DNA of 28,937 bases from IMG/VR virus record IMGVR_UViG_3300049135_000018, positions 1-28,937 of that record; one strand, given 5' to 3'. The position numbers and the translations under genes were made by a program. This DNA is from a virus. Taxonomy: Duplodnaviria; Caudoviricetes. Within the stretch, counting starts at the first letter, position 1, and the number at the start of each line of letters is the position of its first letter. Positions 7,781-16,495 of this stretch are shown here, one piece after another. The notes under the pieces are model-generated. The model saw only the letters and a list, made by a program, of their open reading frames with translations, was not told the DNA's origin and did not search any database.

Positions 7781-7975
7781 TTAGGCCTGTGAAGCTTCCC
7801 CCGCCGCCGGTGCGCCGCCCGAGGGGCGGCTGGATTCGGCACTGCGCCGCGCTGCATTCAGCAGCGCCACCACCTCACCGTTCATGCTCCGAACATTCTG
7901 CTCCGCCTGCTTGCGGAGCCATTCCTTCAGGTCCTCCGGCAGCCTGAAGCGAACCTGGAGATCACTGCTTGCCAT
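7781..7975 (-). CDS. Arc-family ribbon-helix-helix repressor
   Basis: QVRFRLPEDLKEWLRKQAEQNVRSMNGEVV; AAAGGAG RBS before MASS. Confidence 0.88.
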   Translation of the reverse strand: MASSDLQVRFRLPEDLKEWLRKQAEQNVRSMNGEVVALLNAARRSAESSRPSGGAPAAGEASQA

Positions 7976-7984
7976 GCGCTCCTT

Positions 7985-8064
7985 TCGATGGCCCGTTGTG
8001 GGCCACGGCATTTGGCCCATTTTGGTCCATATCCGTCAAGCACTATTTTGGCCCATAGTGAGCC
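7985..8064. promoter_or_regulatory. Divergent promoter/operator region between the two Arc genes
   Basis: Repeated TTTGGCCCAT (8011, 8047) and TTTGGTCCAT (8021), variants near 7988-8005, and a minus-strand TTGACG at 8034-8039. Confidence 0.65.
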
Positions 8065-8376
8065 ATGGTTTCAGACGACCACATGATGCGGGTCCGCATG
8101 TCGGACGAACTCCGCGCCCGCATTGCCGAGGCGGCTAAGGCGAACAGCCGCTCCATGAACGCGGAGATTGTGCACAGACTGGAGCAGAGCTTCCCGCCGT
8201 CCACAGAGGCGCCGCCGCCCTCGCCGGGGACCGAGAAGCCCGCCCCGTCCCAGGAGGAAGTGGAGCGGATGCAGCGATGGATTGCCTACCTGAGGGATAT
8301 CGAAGCGCGGATTGCGAAAATGGACGCACAGACACGGGCGGCTGTTAACGACCCGCCGCCCAAGCCCGCCCCATAA
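8065..8376 (+). CDS. Arc/Mnt-family repressor
   Basis: MMRVRMSDELRARIAEAAKANSRSMNAEIVHRLEQSF. Confidence 0.92.
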   Translation: MVSDDHMMRVRMSDELRARIAEAAKANSRSMNAEIVHRLEQSFPPSTEAPPPSPGTEKPAPSQEEVERMQRWIAYLRDIEARIAKMDAQTRAAVNDPPPKPAP

Positions 8377-8410
8377 CTCCACCGGTCCACCGTCCGCCAG
8401 AGCGCCTGCC

Positions 8411-8836
8411 CTAAACCGCCCAGGCACGCACCGCGCACCGCAGAGGCGCGAACCGCAGCCCGTCCAGGGACGGTGCGGCAATGCCGTCGCCGGCAACAAT
8501 GCCGACCACATGCCGGTTGCCCAGTTTCATTAGGCACCAGTCGCCGCGTTGCGCCATCAGCGGCGGGATTTCCGTAGCGCCGAACTCGGACATTGCCGCT
8601 GCAACCGCGGCCTCGATCCCGCCGCGCGCGTCTAGCAACTCGTCCAGTTCCTCATCCGTCGCGTAATCGGCTTCCGCCAGCCATGGGGCTGGATGCCGGC
8701 CGGTCAGTGCCTCGGTAACGGAACACGCGAACAGGCCGCAGTCATGCACGCCGCTCTCAAAGTAGCGCCCGCGCGCATCGTCCAGGCATTGCGCCAGGCG
8801 TTCCGGCCAGTCGGGATGACGCTGCCTAATCAACAT
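8411..8836 (-). CDS. NlpC/P60-like tail assembly protein (DUF6950-like)
   Basis: RHPDWPERL...FESGVHDCGLFA...AQRGD...RAWAV. Confidence 0.85.
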   Translation of the reverse strand: MLIRQRHPDWPERLAQCLDDARGRYFESGVHDCGLFACSVTEALTGRHPAPWLAEADYATDEELDELLDARGGIEAAVAAAMSEFGATEIPPLMAQRGDWCLMKLGNRHVVGIVAGDGIAAPSLDGLRFAPLRCAVRAWAV

Positions 8837-9410
8837 GCTGGTTCTTCCAGAAGCTGCCCGCCGGCCACACGATTGTCTTTTCAACCGTGCTGGTCACGAA
8901 CTGGAACCCAAGGTCGCCGGGATGCAGCCGTTGCTGTTCCTCGTCCGTGTAGCGGCTATTGCGTGGCCGCTCCCAGTCCGCCGTCTTGTTCACGGCGCGC
9001 ACGGTCACGGTGCAGGTCGGGCCGTATTCGATCGTCATTTGGTCCATGCGGCCGCGGAACCAGACGAACGGGTCAGGTATGACCTGCCAATCCTCATCCA
9101 ACGCCACTTCGTACAAGATCGCCTCACGCCCCTGGTACGCCTCGGTCATCGCAAGCGCGATGCTGTCGGACGGAACACCGGACAGGCCAACGGTGATATC
9201 CGATGTGGCGAGTTCGTTGCTTTCCATGGCTGTGCTGATCGAGCCAAGCCCGCCGACGCCGAAGTACACATCGCCGCCGATCAGGAGGTCTGCCGGCGAG
9301 CCGTTGAACCTCATCCAGCCTGACGGGAAACTCAGCGCTACGGCCACTGTGCGGCGCGGTGTCTCTGATGCGACCGCCGCGGCAACGCCCGATGTAAGGC
9401 CCCGGCTCAT
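8826..9410 (-). CDS. Minor tail / baseplate hub-like protein
   Basis: YFGVGGLGSIS...FRGRMDQM...RYTDEEQQRLHPGDLGFQFV...IVW. Confidence 0.8.
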   Translation of the reverse strand: MSRGLTSGVAAAVASETPRRTVAVALSFPSGWMRFNGSPADLLIGGDVYFGVGGLGSISTAMESNELATSDITVGLSGVPSDSIALAMTEAYQGREAILYEVALDEDWQVIPDPFVWFRGRMDQMTIEYGPTCTVTVRAVNKTADWERPRNSRYTDEEQQRLHPGDLGFQFVTSTVEKTIVWPAGSFWKNQHVD

Positions 9411-9474
9411 AGCAGGAACCACGCGAGCGCACCGGCCATGGAGCCGATGATGGCCGCAGCGAGATTGGTACGGT

Positions 9475-10086
9475 TCACCATATCGCTTCCTCGATGTTCA
9501 AAACGATGTCGCTAAATCCACCCGGCGCGTAGTCCGTCATCACCGTATCCTCGGACAGTCGCCACACCGCCGCAGGGTTGGTTAGGATCAGCGGCGCGTT
9601 CACGTTCGGGCTGCGGCGAATGATCGGCGCAACAAAGAAGTCGCACCACCCCGCGCCGGTAGTGCCGGCGGCATCGCGCACGCGAAAAAGCTGTGGACGG
9701 CCAGTCGGATCGAGCACGCTGAAGAAGTCACCGGCCTCGAACCCGATGCCGTCTGCGGTCCATCCCTGGGTGGACAGGATGGTGCCGACACTCGGCAACC
9801 GTACCGTAGGCGAGCCGCCGGCAGTGCCGCGGCGCGGAAACGGTGGTGCCCAGGTAAACCGGCCCGCCGTGCCGTTAAGCCCGGCGACGAACCCATCCAG
9901 CACACGGCCTTGCGCTGTGGTTAGGTTGTTGAACCGCAGTTCCGCCACCCACCGCGCGCCGGGCAGAGCGATTGATTGCTCTGTGCCGTCAAATGGGCTG
10001 CGACCGCCACTCTGCGTATTGGCACGCAGCCCCATTGACATGGAGTTGGGCGGCGGCAGACTGCTCGGAAATGCGACGATTGCCAT
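9475..10086 (-). CDS. Distal tail protein-like
   Basis: SPFDGTEQSIALPGARWVAEL...LNGTAGRF; immediately downstream of the tape measure gene. Confidence 0.75.
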   Translation of the reverse strand: MAIVAFPSSLPPPNSMSMGLRANTQSGGRSPFDGTEQSIALPGARWVAELRFNNLTTAQGRVLDGFVAGLNGTAGRFTWAPPFPRRGTAGGSPTVRLPSVGTILSTQGWTADGIGFEAGDFFSVLDPTGRPQLFRVRDAAGTTGAGWCDFFVAPIIRRSPNVNAPLILTNPAAVWRLSEDTVMTDYAPGGFSDIVLNIEEAIW

Positions 10087-12305
10087 TAGCGGCGCCCCAG
10101 TGTACGCGCGGCGGCGCCGCCGCGATTTGCAGCGGCATAGACCCGCTGTTCGCCCAAGCGGCTGCCCATCTCCACAGCCATCGCCACGCCCTGCTGAATA
10201 CGCCGCTCAACGCCTGCATCAGCCCCGCGCGCGTCGATATGCCCGATGGTGACACCGCCACCACCGCCGCTCATCTGCACCGGAATGCGCCGGCCATCGG
10301 GCAGCGGCACGAACGCCTCGGCGCCGGCACCCTCGCCAAACAGCGCCATCTGTGGCGAGTTGGCGATGCCGCCCTTTGCGTACTTGCGGAGTGGCACAGG
10401 ACCGTCAGAAGTCATCACGCCGCCCATGGCATGCTTCACTGGCGCACCGAAGATGGCAGAGCCAATGCTTTCCATGATGCCGCCGCTACCGCCAGCCCCG
10501 TTAAACGCGTCCTTCACGGCACGCGCCAGCGGTTCGGTGATCGTCAACTTGATAATCAGCTTGGCAAGGTCGTCGGTCAAAGCCTTGAACACGTCGCCCA
10601 GGCTCTTGCCGCTTGTAAGCGCCGCCTCAAAGGAACTGGACAGCTTGGCGAACACCTGATCGGTGGATTGCCCTGCGTCGGCCAACTTCTTCTGCGCCTC
10701 GCTGTAGCTTTTCTCGGCCAGGTCAATGCCCGCCGCGAACTGCTCCTGCGAGAGTGCGCCCGCGTCCAGCGCCACGTTCAGCGCCTCGACATTGGCGGTA
10801 TAGGCAGACAGCGCCGCACGCGCGGGGTCGAGTGAGTTCAGAACCCGCTCGGCGCCCTTCGCCGCTGCGTCCTGCGCCTTCTCAAACTCCATGGCGACCT
10901 TCGCTGCCGCCAGCAGGTCATCGTCAGGCTTCTCAGTCTTGGCCTTCTTGACCGTCGCCGTAAGCGCCTCATCCCGCCGCTTCATCGCCGCGGTGAGTTC
11001 GTCGGTCGCCTGTGCCGCGGTCAACTCACCGGCCGCCTGTGCGCGACGGATGGTGGCAACCTGCTGATTATAGGTCGCCTCGATGCCGATCCGCTTGTCG
11101 TAACTCGCGCGCATGGCTGCGAGTGCGGATGCCGCCGCGTCACGCTCGATGCGCGCGCGTTCTTCCGCACCACGGGTCGCCGCGTCAACGCGACCGCGCT
11201 CCATGTCTTCCTGCAACTGGATCAGCCGGATTTCCGCCGCCTGCGCCTGTGCCTCAAACACGGACAACGGATCTTCGCCCGCCTGCGACGCGGCCATGCC
11301 GACCAAGCCCTGCCGCACGCTGCCGCGCCGCACGCCAGCCGCACCCGAACGCGCCGTCGCTACCGAGGCTTGCGCCGCGGCAATCGCTTCCTCTTGCGTG
11401 GATTGCTCAGACAGGAACCGCAGCGCGCGGGTCAGTCCGTCCACCGCGCCGGCCATGACGTTGATAGCGCCAGTCGCAAGCTGGATCGGCCCGAGGTTGC
11501 CGACCTTGACCAGAAACTCTTGGACGTTCTGCCCGAGGCTGTCATAGGCCCCGGCCAAGCCGCCGGCCTCCGCAGCGCCGGCACCGCCAACCTGCTTTTC
11601 GACCGCGGCCAGGATCAGCCGTTGCGCCTCGGCCGCCTGGCCGGTGGCGACCAGGGTTTGAATGACTTCCTTCTGCGCCGCGGAGAACGACACGCCCGAA
11701 CGCCCAAGTGCCGTCAGACCCTTAATCGGATCTTCCAGCGCCTTGCCCAACTGCATAGCCGCGCTGTCAATCGAGCCGAAGCCCGTCGCCGCCAAATCCT
11801 GTGCAGCCACCAGCGTCCGCTTGAACGTATCGCCCGAGATGTTGCGGAAGGTCAGCAGCTTTTGTGCCGCGGCTTCCACGCCCTCGGTGCTGGCGAGCGT
11901 GCTGCGCGCCAACTCCTGCGACATCGTGCGGATCTCGGCGCCCGTCAGCCCGGCAGTCGAGCCGGTGGCCTTGATGATGGCCTCGGTACGCATGCCGAGC
12001 CGTTGGAACTGCTCTGCGGCAGAGGTCGCCGCTTTGAAGCCAGCCACCAGTGACAGCGAGCCAGCCGCCGCGGCAGCCATGGACGTGACAAGGCCAGGGA
12101 TGCCCTTGGTCAATCCGCCAAGGGCACCACTGAACAGGCTGCTGCTATCCGCCGCGTCACGGTTGCTCTTGTTCAGCGTGCCAATAGCGCGGTTCATCCG
12201 CGCCATGCCGGTTTCGAGCGCCGCCGCCGCATCTTGCATACCATTGGTCAGCAGGCGGGCATCAGCGCCAATCGTAACCGACAGGTTGCCAGCGGAACCG
12301 CTCAT
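10086..12305 (-). CDS. Tail tape measure protein
   Basis: Ala-rich helical 739 aa; QLGKALEDPIKGLTALGRSG; C-terminal GEGAGAEAFVPL. Confidence 0.95.
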   Translation of the reverse strand: MSGSAGNLSVTIGADARLLTNGMQDAAAALETGMARMNRAIGTLNKSNRDAADSSSLFSGALGGLTKGIPGLVTSMAAAAAGSLSLVAGFKAATSAAEQFQRLGMRTEAIIKATGSTAGLTGAEIRTMSQELARSTLASTEGVEAAAQKLLTFRNISGDTFKRTLVAAQDLAATGFGSIDSAAMQLGKALEDPIKGLTALGRSGVSFSAAQKEVIQTLVATGQAAEAQRLILAAVEKQVGGAGAAEAGGLAGAYDSLGQNVQEFLVKVGNLGPIQLATGAINVMAGAVDGLTRALRFLSEQSTQEEAIAAAQASVATARSGAAGVRRGSVRQGLVGMAASQAGEDPLSVFEAQAQAAEIRLIQLQEDMERGRVDAATRGAEERARIERDAAASALAAMRASYDKRIGIEATYNQQVATIRRAQAAGELTAAQATDELTAAMKRRDEALTATVKKAKTEKPDDDLLAAAKVAMEFEKAQDAAAKGAERVLNSLDPARAALSAYTANVEALNVALDAGALSQEQFAAGIDLAEKSYSEAQKKLADAGQSTDQVFAKLSSSFEAALTSGKSLGDVFKALTDDLAKLIIKLTITEPLARAVKDAFNGAGGSGGIMESIGSAIFGAPVKHAMGGVMTSDGPVPLRKYAKGGIANSPQMALFGEGAGAEAFVPLPDGRRIPVQMSGGGGGVTIGHIDARGADAGVERRIQQGVAMAVEMGSRLGEQRVYAAANRGGAAARTLGRR

Positions 12306-12652
12306 GTGCCGGCATCCTTTACCGCGGAATTGTAGGAACGAAACGCGCTCAACAGCCGGCCGCTAACATCGGCAGGCGGCGCCACTTCGGGCTTCCGGTC
12401 GAACAGCATGAAATCCGCTGTCGTGAAATGCTTACCATCCGCGCGCTTAACCCACGCGTTCAGCAAGCTGGAAGTCTGCACCGCCATGTGCAGATCAAGC
12501 CGACGATCCGGCAGCGGGCTTTCCGCGTCGAACCGCTGCCAGTCAAGCAGTTCCGCAACGCTCACCGTGGCGCGGATCTCGGCCACAGTCTTGCCTAGAG
12601 CAAGCGCCAACCGATGCAGGAAAAACCGCGTCGGCTGGCTGGTCAGTTTCCC
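12302..12652 (-). CDS. Tail assembly chaperone T-part, produced by -1 frameshift (lambda gpGT-like)
   Basis: The -1 frame from the slippery site reads GKLTSQPTRFFLHRLALALGKTVAEI... and is open to 12302. Confidence 0.8.
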   Translation of the reverse strand, partial: GKLTSQPTRFFLHRLALALGKTVAEIRATVSVAELLDWQRFDAESPLPDRRLDLHMAVQTSSLLNAWVKRADGKHFTTADFMLFDRKPEVAPPADVSGRLLSAFRSYNSAVKDAGT

Positions 12653-12996
12653 GCGGCGGCGTCCTGCTGAGCCGACAGCAAGCCATTGTGCCGCAGCACT
12701 TCAACCTCAAGCCGTTCCATCAACTTCCAGGGCTGCGCGCGAAGCCAGTCCATGTCGGCCTCACCAAACAGCCGCTCGCCGTCAGGACCGGCCGCGCCCA
12801 GCATACCCAGCACCACGCGCGCGGTGTAGTTCCGCCGCTTGGCGTCCGGGTCCGTTTCGGGCGCGCGCGCAGCCTCCCAGGTCAGCAGATCGTCCATGGA
12901 CAGCGTGCGCAGCCAGATATCGCCGCCCCACTCGGGAGCGGGGAACGGGGCAAGCGCCGGCTTCGCAGCGAGGATAGCCTCACGCGTCAACATCAA
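12643..12996 (-). CDS. Tail assembly chaperone (gpG-like)
   Basis: LTREAIL...PEWGGDIWLRTLS...DGERLF; between tail tube and tape measure genes. Confidence 0.88.
   Translation of the reverse strand: MMLTREAILAAKPALAPFPAPEWGGDIWLRTLSMDDLLTWEAARAPETDPDAKRRNYTARVVLGMLGAAGPDGERLFGEADMDWLRAQPWKLMERLEVEVLRHNGLLSAQQDAAAGN
12646..12652 (-). other. Programmed -1 ribosomal frameshift slippery heptamer G GGA AAC
   Basis: GCG GGA AAC TGA at the end of the chaperone gene; XXXYYYZ form. Confidence 0.85.
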
Positions 12997-13427
12997 ACAG
13001 TCGCCGCCTCAGTCACCGCGCCGTCAATCTCGATGGTCAGGCTGCTGGTGATCAGGCCATCCACAGAGCCGGAGGCACTGAAGCCCGACACGTAGCCGGC
13101 GAACGACACCGTAGTGGCAACGCCGGTCGAGCCGGCGATGCCGGCCGGGATCAGCAGTTGGAAGTTCGTCAGCGCGCCGCTGGCCTGCGCATCGCGCACG
13201 TTGTCCTGGCCGGCGTCGCCGTAGTCCAGATGCAACTGCGCCGTGAACTGGCCGTAGTCCGACAGGCCTGTGATCTTCTTGCGCGCCGTGCTGGTCAGAT
13301 TGGTGGCGTCAATGACCGGCCGCGTCGGTGACGGACCATTGAAGTCCAGCACTTCGCCAACCGTGGTGTAAACTTCGCCTGTGCCGACCGCTGCCTTCAG
13401 CAGCGTGCCTTGTGCCCGGATAGCCAT
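12993..13427 (-). CDS. Major tail tube protein
   Basis: IDATNLTSTARKKITGLSDYG...SFAGYVSGF...LTIEIDG. Confidence 0.9.
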   Translation of the reverse strand: MAIRAQGTLLKAAVGTGEVYTTVGEVLDFNGPSPTRPVIDATNLTSTARKKITGLSDYGQFTAQLHLDYGDAGQDNVRDAQASGALTNFQLLIPAGIAGSTGVATTVSFAGYVSGFSASGSVDGLITSSLTIEIDGAVTEAATV

Positions 13428-13433
13428 GTTGTG

Positions 13434-13814
13434 TTACTCCGCTGCGAGGATCAGATAAAGGCCGGTGACAACGTGCAGTTCCACGTCATCTAGGTACTCA
13501 CTCCGCTGCCCGGCCCGGCGTGCAGAGACTATGGTTTGCCCGCCGTTGTACCCATCGAGCGCATCGCGCACGGCAAGCGAGAGGTTTTGCGCCGCGACGG
13601 CATCGCCAGCCACGCAGCCGATAGCCAGTTGCACCCGGTCCACCACACCGCGACCACTAAGCGTGGCGAGGTTGTCGCCCTCGGTACGGGCCTGCACGAT
13701 GTACGGACGCGCAGCACCCTCGGGCGCCAGGTGCGGATAAATGCGGGTGCCAACCAGCGCCGTCACCGCGGGCGATGTGGAAAGCAGTTCAAACACCGCT
13801 TGCTCTAGGATCAT
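13434..13814 (-). CDS. Tail completion/terminator protein (DUF3168)
   Basis: VTALVGTRIYPHLAPEGAARPYIV; synteny. Confidence 0.85.
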   Translation of the reverse strand: MILEQAVFELLSTSPAVTALVGTRIYPHLAPEGAARPYIVQARTEGDNLATLSGRGVVDRVQLAIGCVAGDAVAAQNLSLAVRDALDGYNGGQTIVSARRAGQRSEYLDDVELHVVTGLYLILAAE

Positions 13815-14341
13815 TTGGAACCCCTAGACAGCCGCTTGACCGCAGCATCCACCCGCTTTTGCATCTCGATATTGAGCCGCGCATAGAAGGCCGTTTTCGC
13901 ACCCTCGACCGCACGGAAAAAGAACGGCCGGGCGCGTTGGTGATTGGTGCCTTTCTCTAGGAAGTGGCCCCAGAACGCCGCGCCGCTGCCGATGCTGACG
14001 CTGCCGAACGCGCCGTGGACCGTGCCCTTGCGAGCGCGGCGGCGGACGATGTTCTGATACAGCCGCCCGAAGTCATAGGAGACAGACATGGGCTTTACGA
14101 GCCGCATCTTCGTGCGCTGCCGCCCCTTGCCCCGATGCGTGGTCCATACCCGCCGCGTCTTGCGCGACGATTCCTTGCCCCGTGGTGCCGCCGCGCGAAC
14201 CGCCTTCTGGATCACGCCGGACGCGGCGAAGATCGCGCCTTGTAGTTCCTTCCGCTGCAACTCGCCCGGCAGGTTGCGGAATACATTGAGTATCGGCGCT
14301 TTGTCAGAGACATGCACCGACACAAGCTGCTTGACGGCCAT
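13811..14341 (-). CDS. HK97 gp10-family morphogenesis protein
   Basis: FWGHFLEKGTNHQRARPFF. Confidence 0.9.
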   Translation of the reverse strand: MAVKQLVSVHVSDKAPILNVFRNLPGELQRKELQGAIFAASGVIQKAVRAAAPRGKESSRKTRRVWTTHRGKGRQRTKMRLVKPMSVSYDFGRLYQNIVRRRARKGTVHGAFGSVSIGSGAAFWGHFLEKGTNHQRARPFFFRAVEGAKTAFYARLNIEMQKRVDAAVKRLSRGSK

Positions 14342-14667
14342 TAGCCCTCACCCGGTACGAACGCCGTGCAGCGCAACTCCAGCCCTTCGCGCCGGCCGAT
14401 CATCGCCACGCTGCGGATGTCCCAGATCAGCCCGTCATGCGTGAGCCGCCATGACGAGATGATGTCGGCGCGATACCGCACCGTGAACAGCGTTTCCGTC
14501 TCAGCCTGGCGGGCCATCGCTGCGAAATACTCGCTGCCGCGCGCATCGCGCCGGCCTGCCCAGATGGTGGCCACGTCCGTCCATGCCTCAACAGCCTGGC
14601 CGGCGGCGCCCTGCGTCACGGTCGGGCGTTGCAGGACAACCTGCATATCCATCCGGCCGGCGATCAC
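14341..14667 (-). CDS. Head closure protein (SPP1 gp16-like)
   Basis: AGRMDMQVVLQ...WTDVATIWA...VRYRADI. Confidence 0.9.
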   Translation of the reverse strand: MIAGRMDMQVVLQRPTVTQGAAGQAVEAWTDVATIWAGRRDARGSEYFAAMARQAETETLFTVRYRADIISSWRLTHDGLIWDIRSVAMIGRREGLELRCTAFVPGEG

Positions 14668-15245
14668 CAGAACACCCGATACGGCTGCACCAGCCGCTTG
14701 AACGTGGGGTTATCCTGCAACCGCGCCGAGCCAGAGGCTTCGCGGTTGGCGTAAAGGTCACCCACAGCCAGCAGCAGAGCCGCCCTGAGAGGCTGCGGAA
14801 CCTGGCTGGCACTCGCATACCCTGCCTGGTACGCAACCCGCACAGCGCCACGCACGCCGCCCGCTGTGCTGGGCCAGTAGCCGGAAGCGCGAGGGTACAC
14901 GCGCGCCGGCTGTGCGGTCGGACCAGCCGGCGCATCAACCTGATAGGCGGCGGGATCAAGCGCCGTCTCGGTGCCGTCCGCGGCCACGGTCGTCAGGCTC
15001 ACCACTTCAACGAGTGGCGGGTAAGGCAATTCGATGCACCCACCGCCTGCGGGAAAGCACGGCAGCCGCAGTTCCCAGTCCTGCACCATCAGCGCGCGGC
15101 CAGTAATGGCCTCGACCTGCTGACGTGCCGCCACGATCCACGCAGCGACCAGCGCATCCTCATCGTTGCCGTCCAGGCGCAAATGCACGCGCGCCTCGGC
15201 CAGCGTAATCGGCTCAGAGGCAGGCGTGCCGGTTTGGATCAGCAT
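14664..15245 (-). CDS. Head-tail connector (phiE125 gp8 / HK97 gp6-like)
   Basis: EPITLAEARVHLRLD...VPQPLRAALLLAVGDLYANRE. Confidence 0.92.
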   Translation of the reverse strand: MLIQTGTPASEPITLAEARVHLRLDGNDEDALVAAWIVAARQQVEAITGRALMVQDWELRLPCFPAGGGCIELPYPPLVEVVSLTTVAADGTETALDPAAYQVDAPAGPTAQPARVYPRASGYWPSTAGGVRGAVRVAYQAGYASASQVPQPLRAALLLAVGDLYANREASGSARLQDNPTFKRLVQPYRVFW

Positions 15246-15260
15246 GGGCCGCCTCCGTAG

Positions 15261-15294
15261 AAGGAAAGAAGTGGCGACGCCCGAAGGCGCCGCC
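15261..15294 (-). terminator. Intrinsic terminator after the capsid gene
   Basis: GGCGGCGCC-TTCG-GGCGTCGCC followed by ACTTCTTTCCTT. Confidence 0.75.
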
Positions 15295-15302
15295 GGTTAG
15301 GC

Positions 15303-16484
15303 TTAGGCCGAGACGACCAGGGCCTTGATGACATCGGGGTTGAGCAACCCGCCGCCCACGCGCTTGGTCGTGTAGAACATCACGTAAGGCTTGTTGGTGA
15401 ACGGATCGCGCAGGACGCGAACGCCAACGCGGTCGATGATCAGATAGCCCTGCGCGAAGTTACCGAACAGAACCGGCGTCTCGTCCGCCTCTACGTTCGG
15501 CATACCCGGCATCTCGGTGATGGGGTAGCCGAGGATGCTGCCCGGCTGGCCCGCCACGTAGGTCGGCTGCCACAGGTAGTTGCCCTGGCCGTCCTTCAGC
15601 AGACGGGCCTGGTTCTGGGTGTCGCGGTTCATAATGAACCGGGCGCCCCCAGTGAACTCGGACTTCAGCGCATAGACCAGATTGACCAGGCCGTCCGCGG
15701 TCAGGGCCGCAGCCGAACCGCTGTTGACCACGCCGATGGCGCCCCACGGGTGAGCCGTCGCCGCGCTGCCGCCGGTCACGTAGTTCAGGATGCCCTGCGG
15801 ACGGTTGGTGCCGTTGCCGGTCAGAAACGCAACGCCTTCCTGATAGGCAAACTCGGTCATCACCTCGTTGGCGAGCCACGCCTCAAGGTTCACCTCGGCG
15901 TCGTCAAGCATCTGCTGCGTCGCAGACGGATTGGCGTAGATCTCGCCCGGCGTGTAGGTGAGTTCACCGAAGGTCGGCGTGGCAGTCTCGGTGCGGGAGG
16001 CAGTCTCGCCAACCCAGCCCGAAGTCGCGCCGCGGTTGTTGAACAACTTCTTGAAGCCGGCGGTGCTGATGTTCTGCACGGCGCAGATCGAACGCATGGG
16101 CGAAACCTGCACCAGACGGTCGGTGATGGTGCGGTCCCACTCGACCGGCGCCAGGTAGCCACCCTCGGAAGCCGTGCCCTTGTTCAGAGAGGCAGACACA
16201 TCGCCCTTTTTGAAGTGGGCGCGGAAGGCGTCGGTGTATTCGCGGTCCTTCGGGCCGTTGCCGGCGGAAACGCCGCCCAGGGACAGGGCCGCGATCTTGG
16301 CGTTGGCTTCGTCCACGGCGGCCTGCATCTTGCCCAGTTCGGCGTTGATGCGGTCCACCTTCTCGGCCTTGACCACATCGGCATTGCCGCGCTTGATCTC
16401 GGCAAGCTGCTCGGTGTGTTCCGCCTTGAAGTCGGCGAAAGTCTTCTGGAGGCTGTCGATGACAGCCTTTACTTCGTCAGCCAT
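15303..16484 (-). CDS. HK97-family major capsid protein
   Basis: EGGYLAPVEWDRTI, AFLTGNGTNRPQG, LRDPFTNKPYVMFYTTKRVGG. Confidence 0.97.
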   Translation of the reverse strand: MADEVKAVIDSLQKTFADFKAEHTEQLAEIKRGNADVVKAEKVDRINAELGKMQAAVDEANAKIAALSLGGVSAGNGPKDREYTDAFRAHFKKGDVSASLNKGTASEGGYLAPVEWDRTITDRLVQVSPMRSICAVQNISTAGFKKLFNNRGATSGWVGETASRTETATPTFGELTYTPGEIYANPSATQQMLDDAEVNLEAWLANEVMTEFAYQEGVAFLTGNGTNRPQGILNYVTGGSAATAHPWGAIGVVNSGSAAALTADGLVNLVYALKSEFTGGARFIMNRDTQNQARLLKDGQGNYLWQPTYVAGQPGSILGYPITEMPGMPNVEADETPVLFGNFAQGYLIIDRVGVRVLRDPFTNKPYVMFYTTKRVGGGLLNPDVIKALVVSA

Positions 16485-16495
16485 GGTTTTGAACC

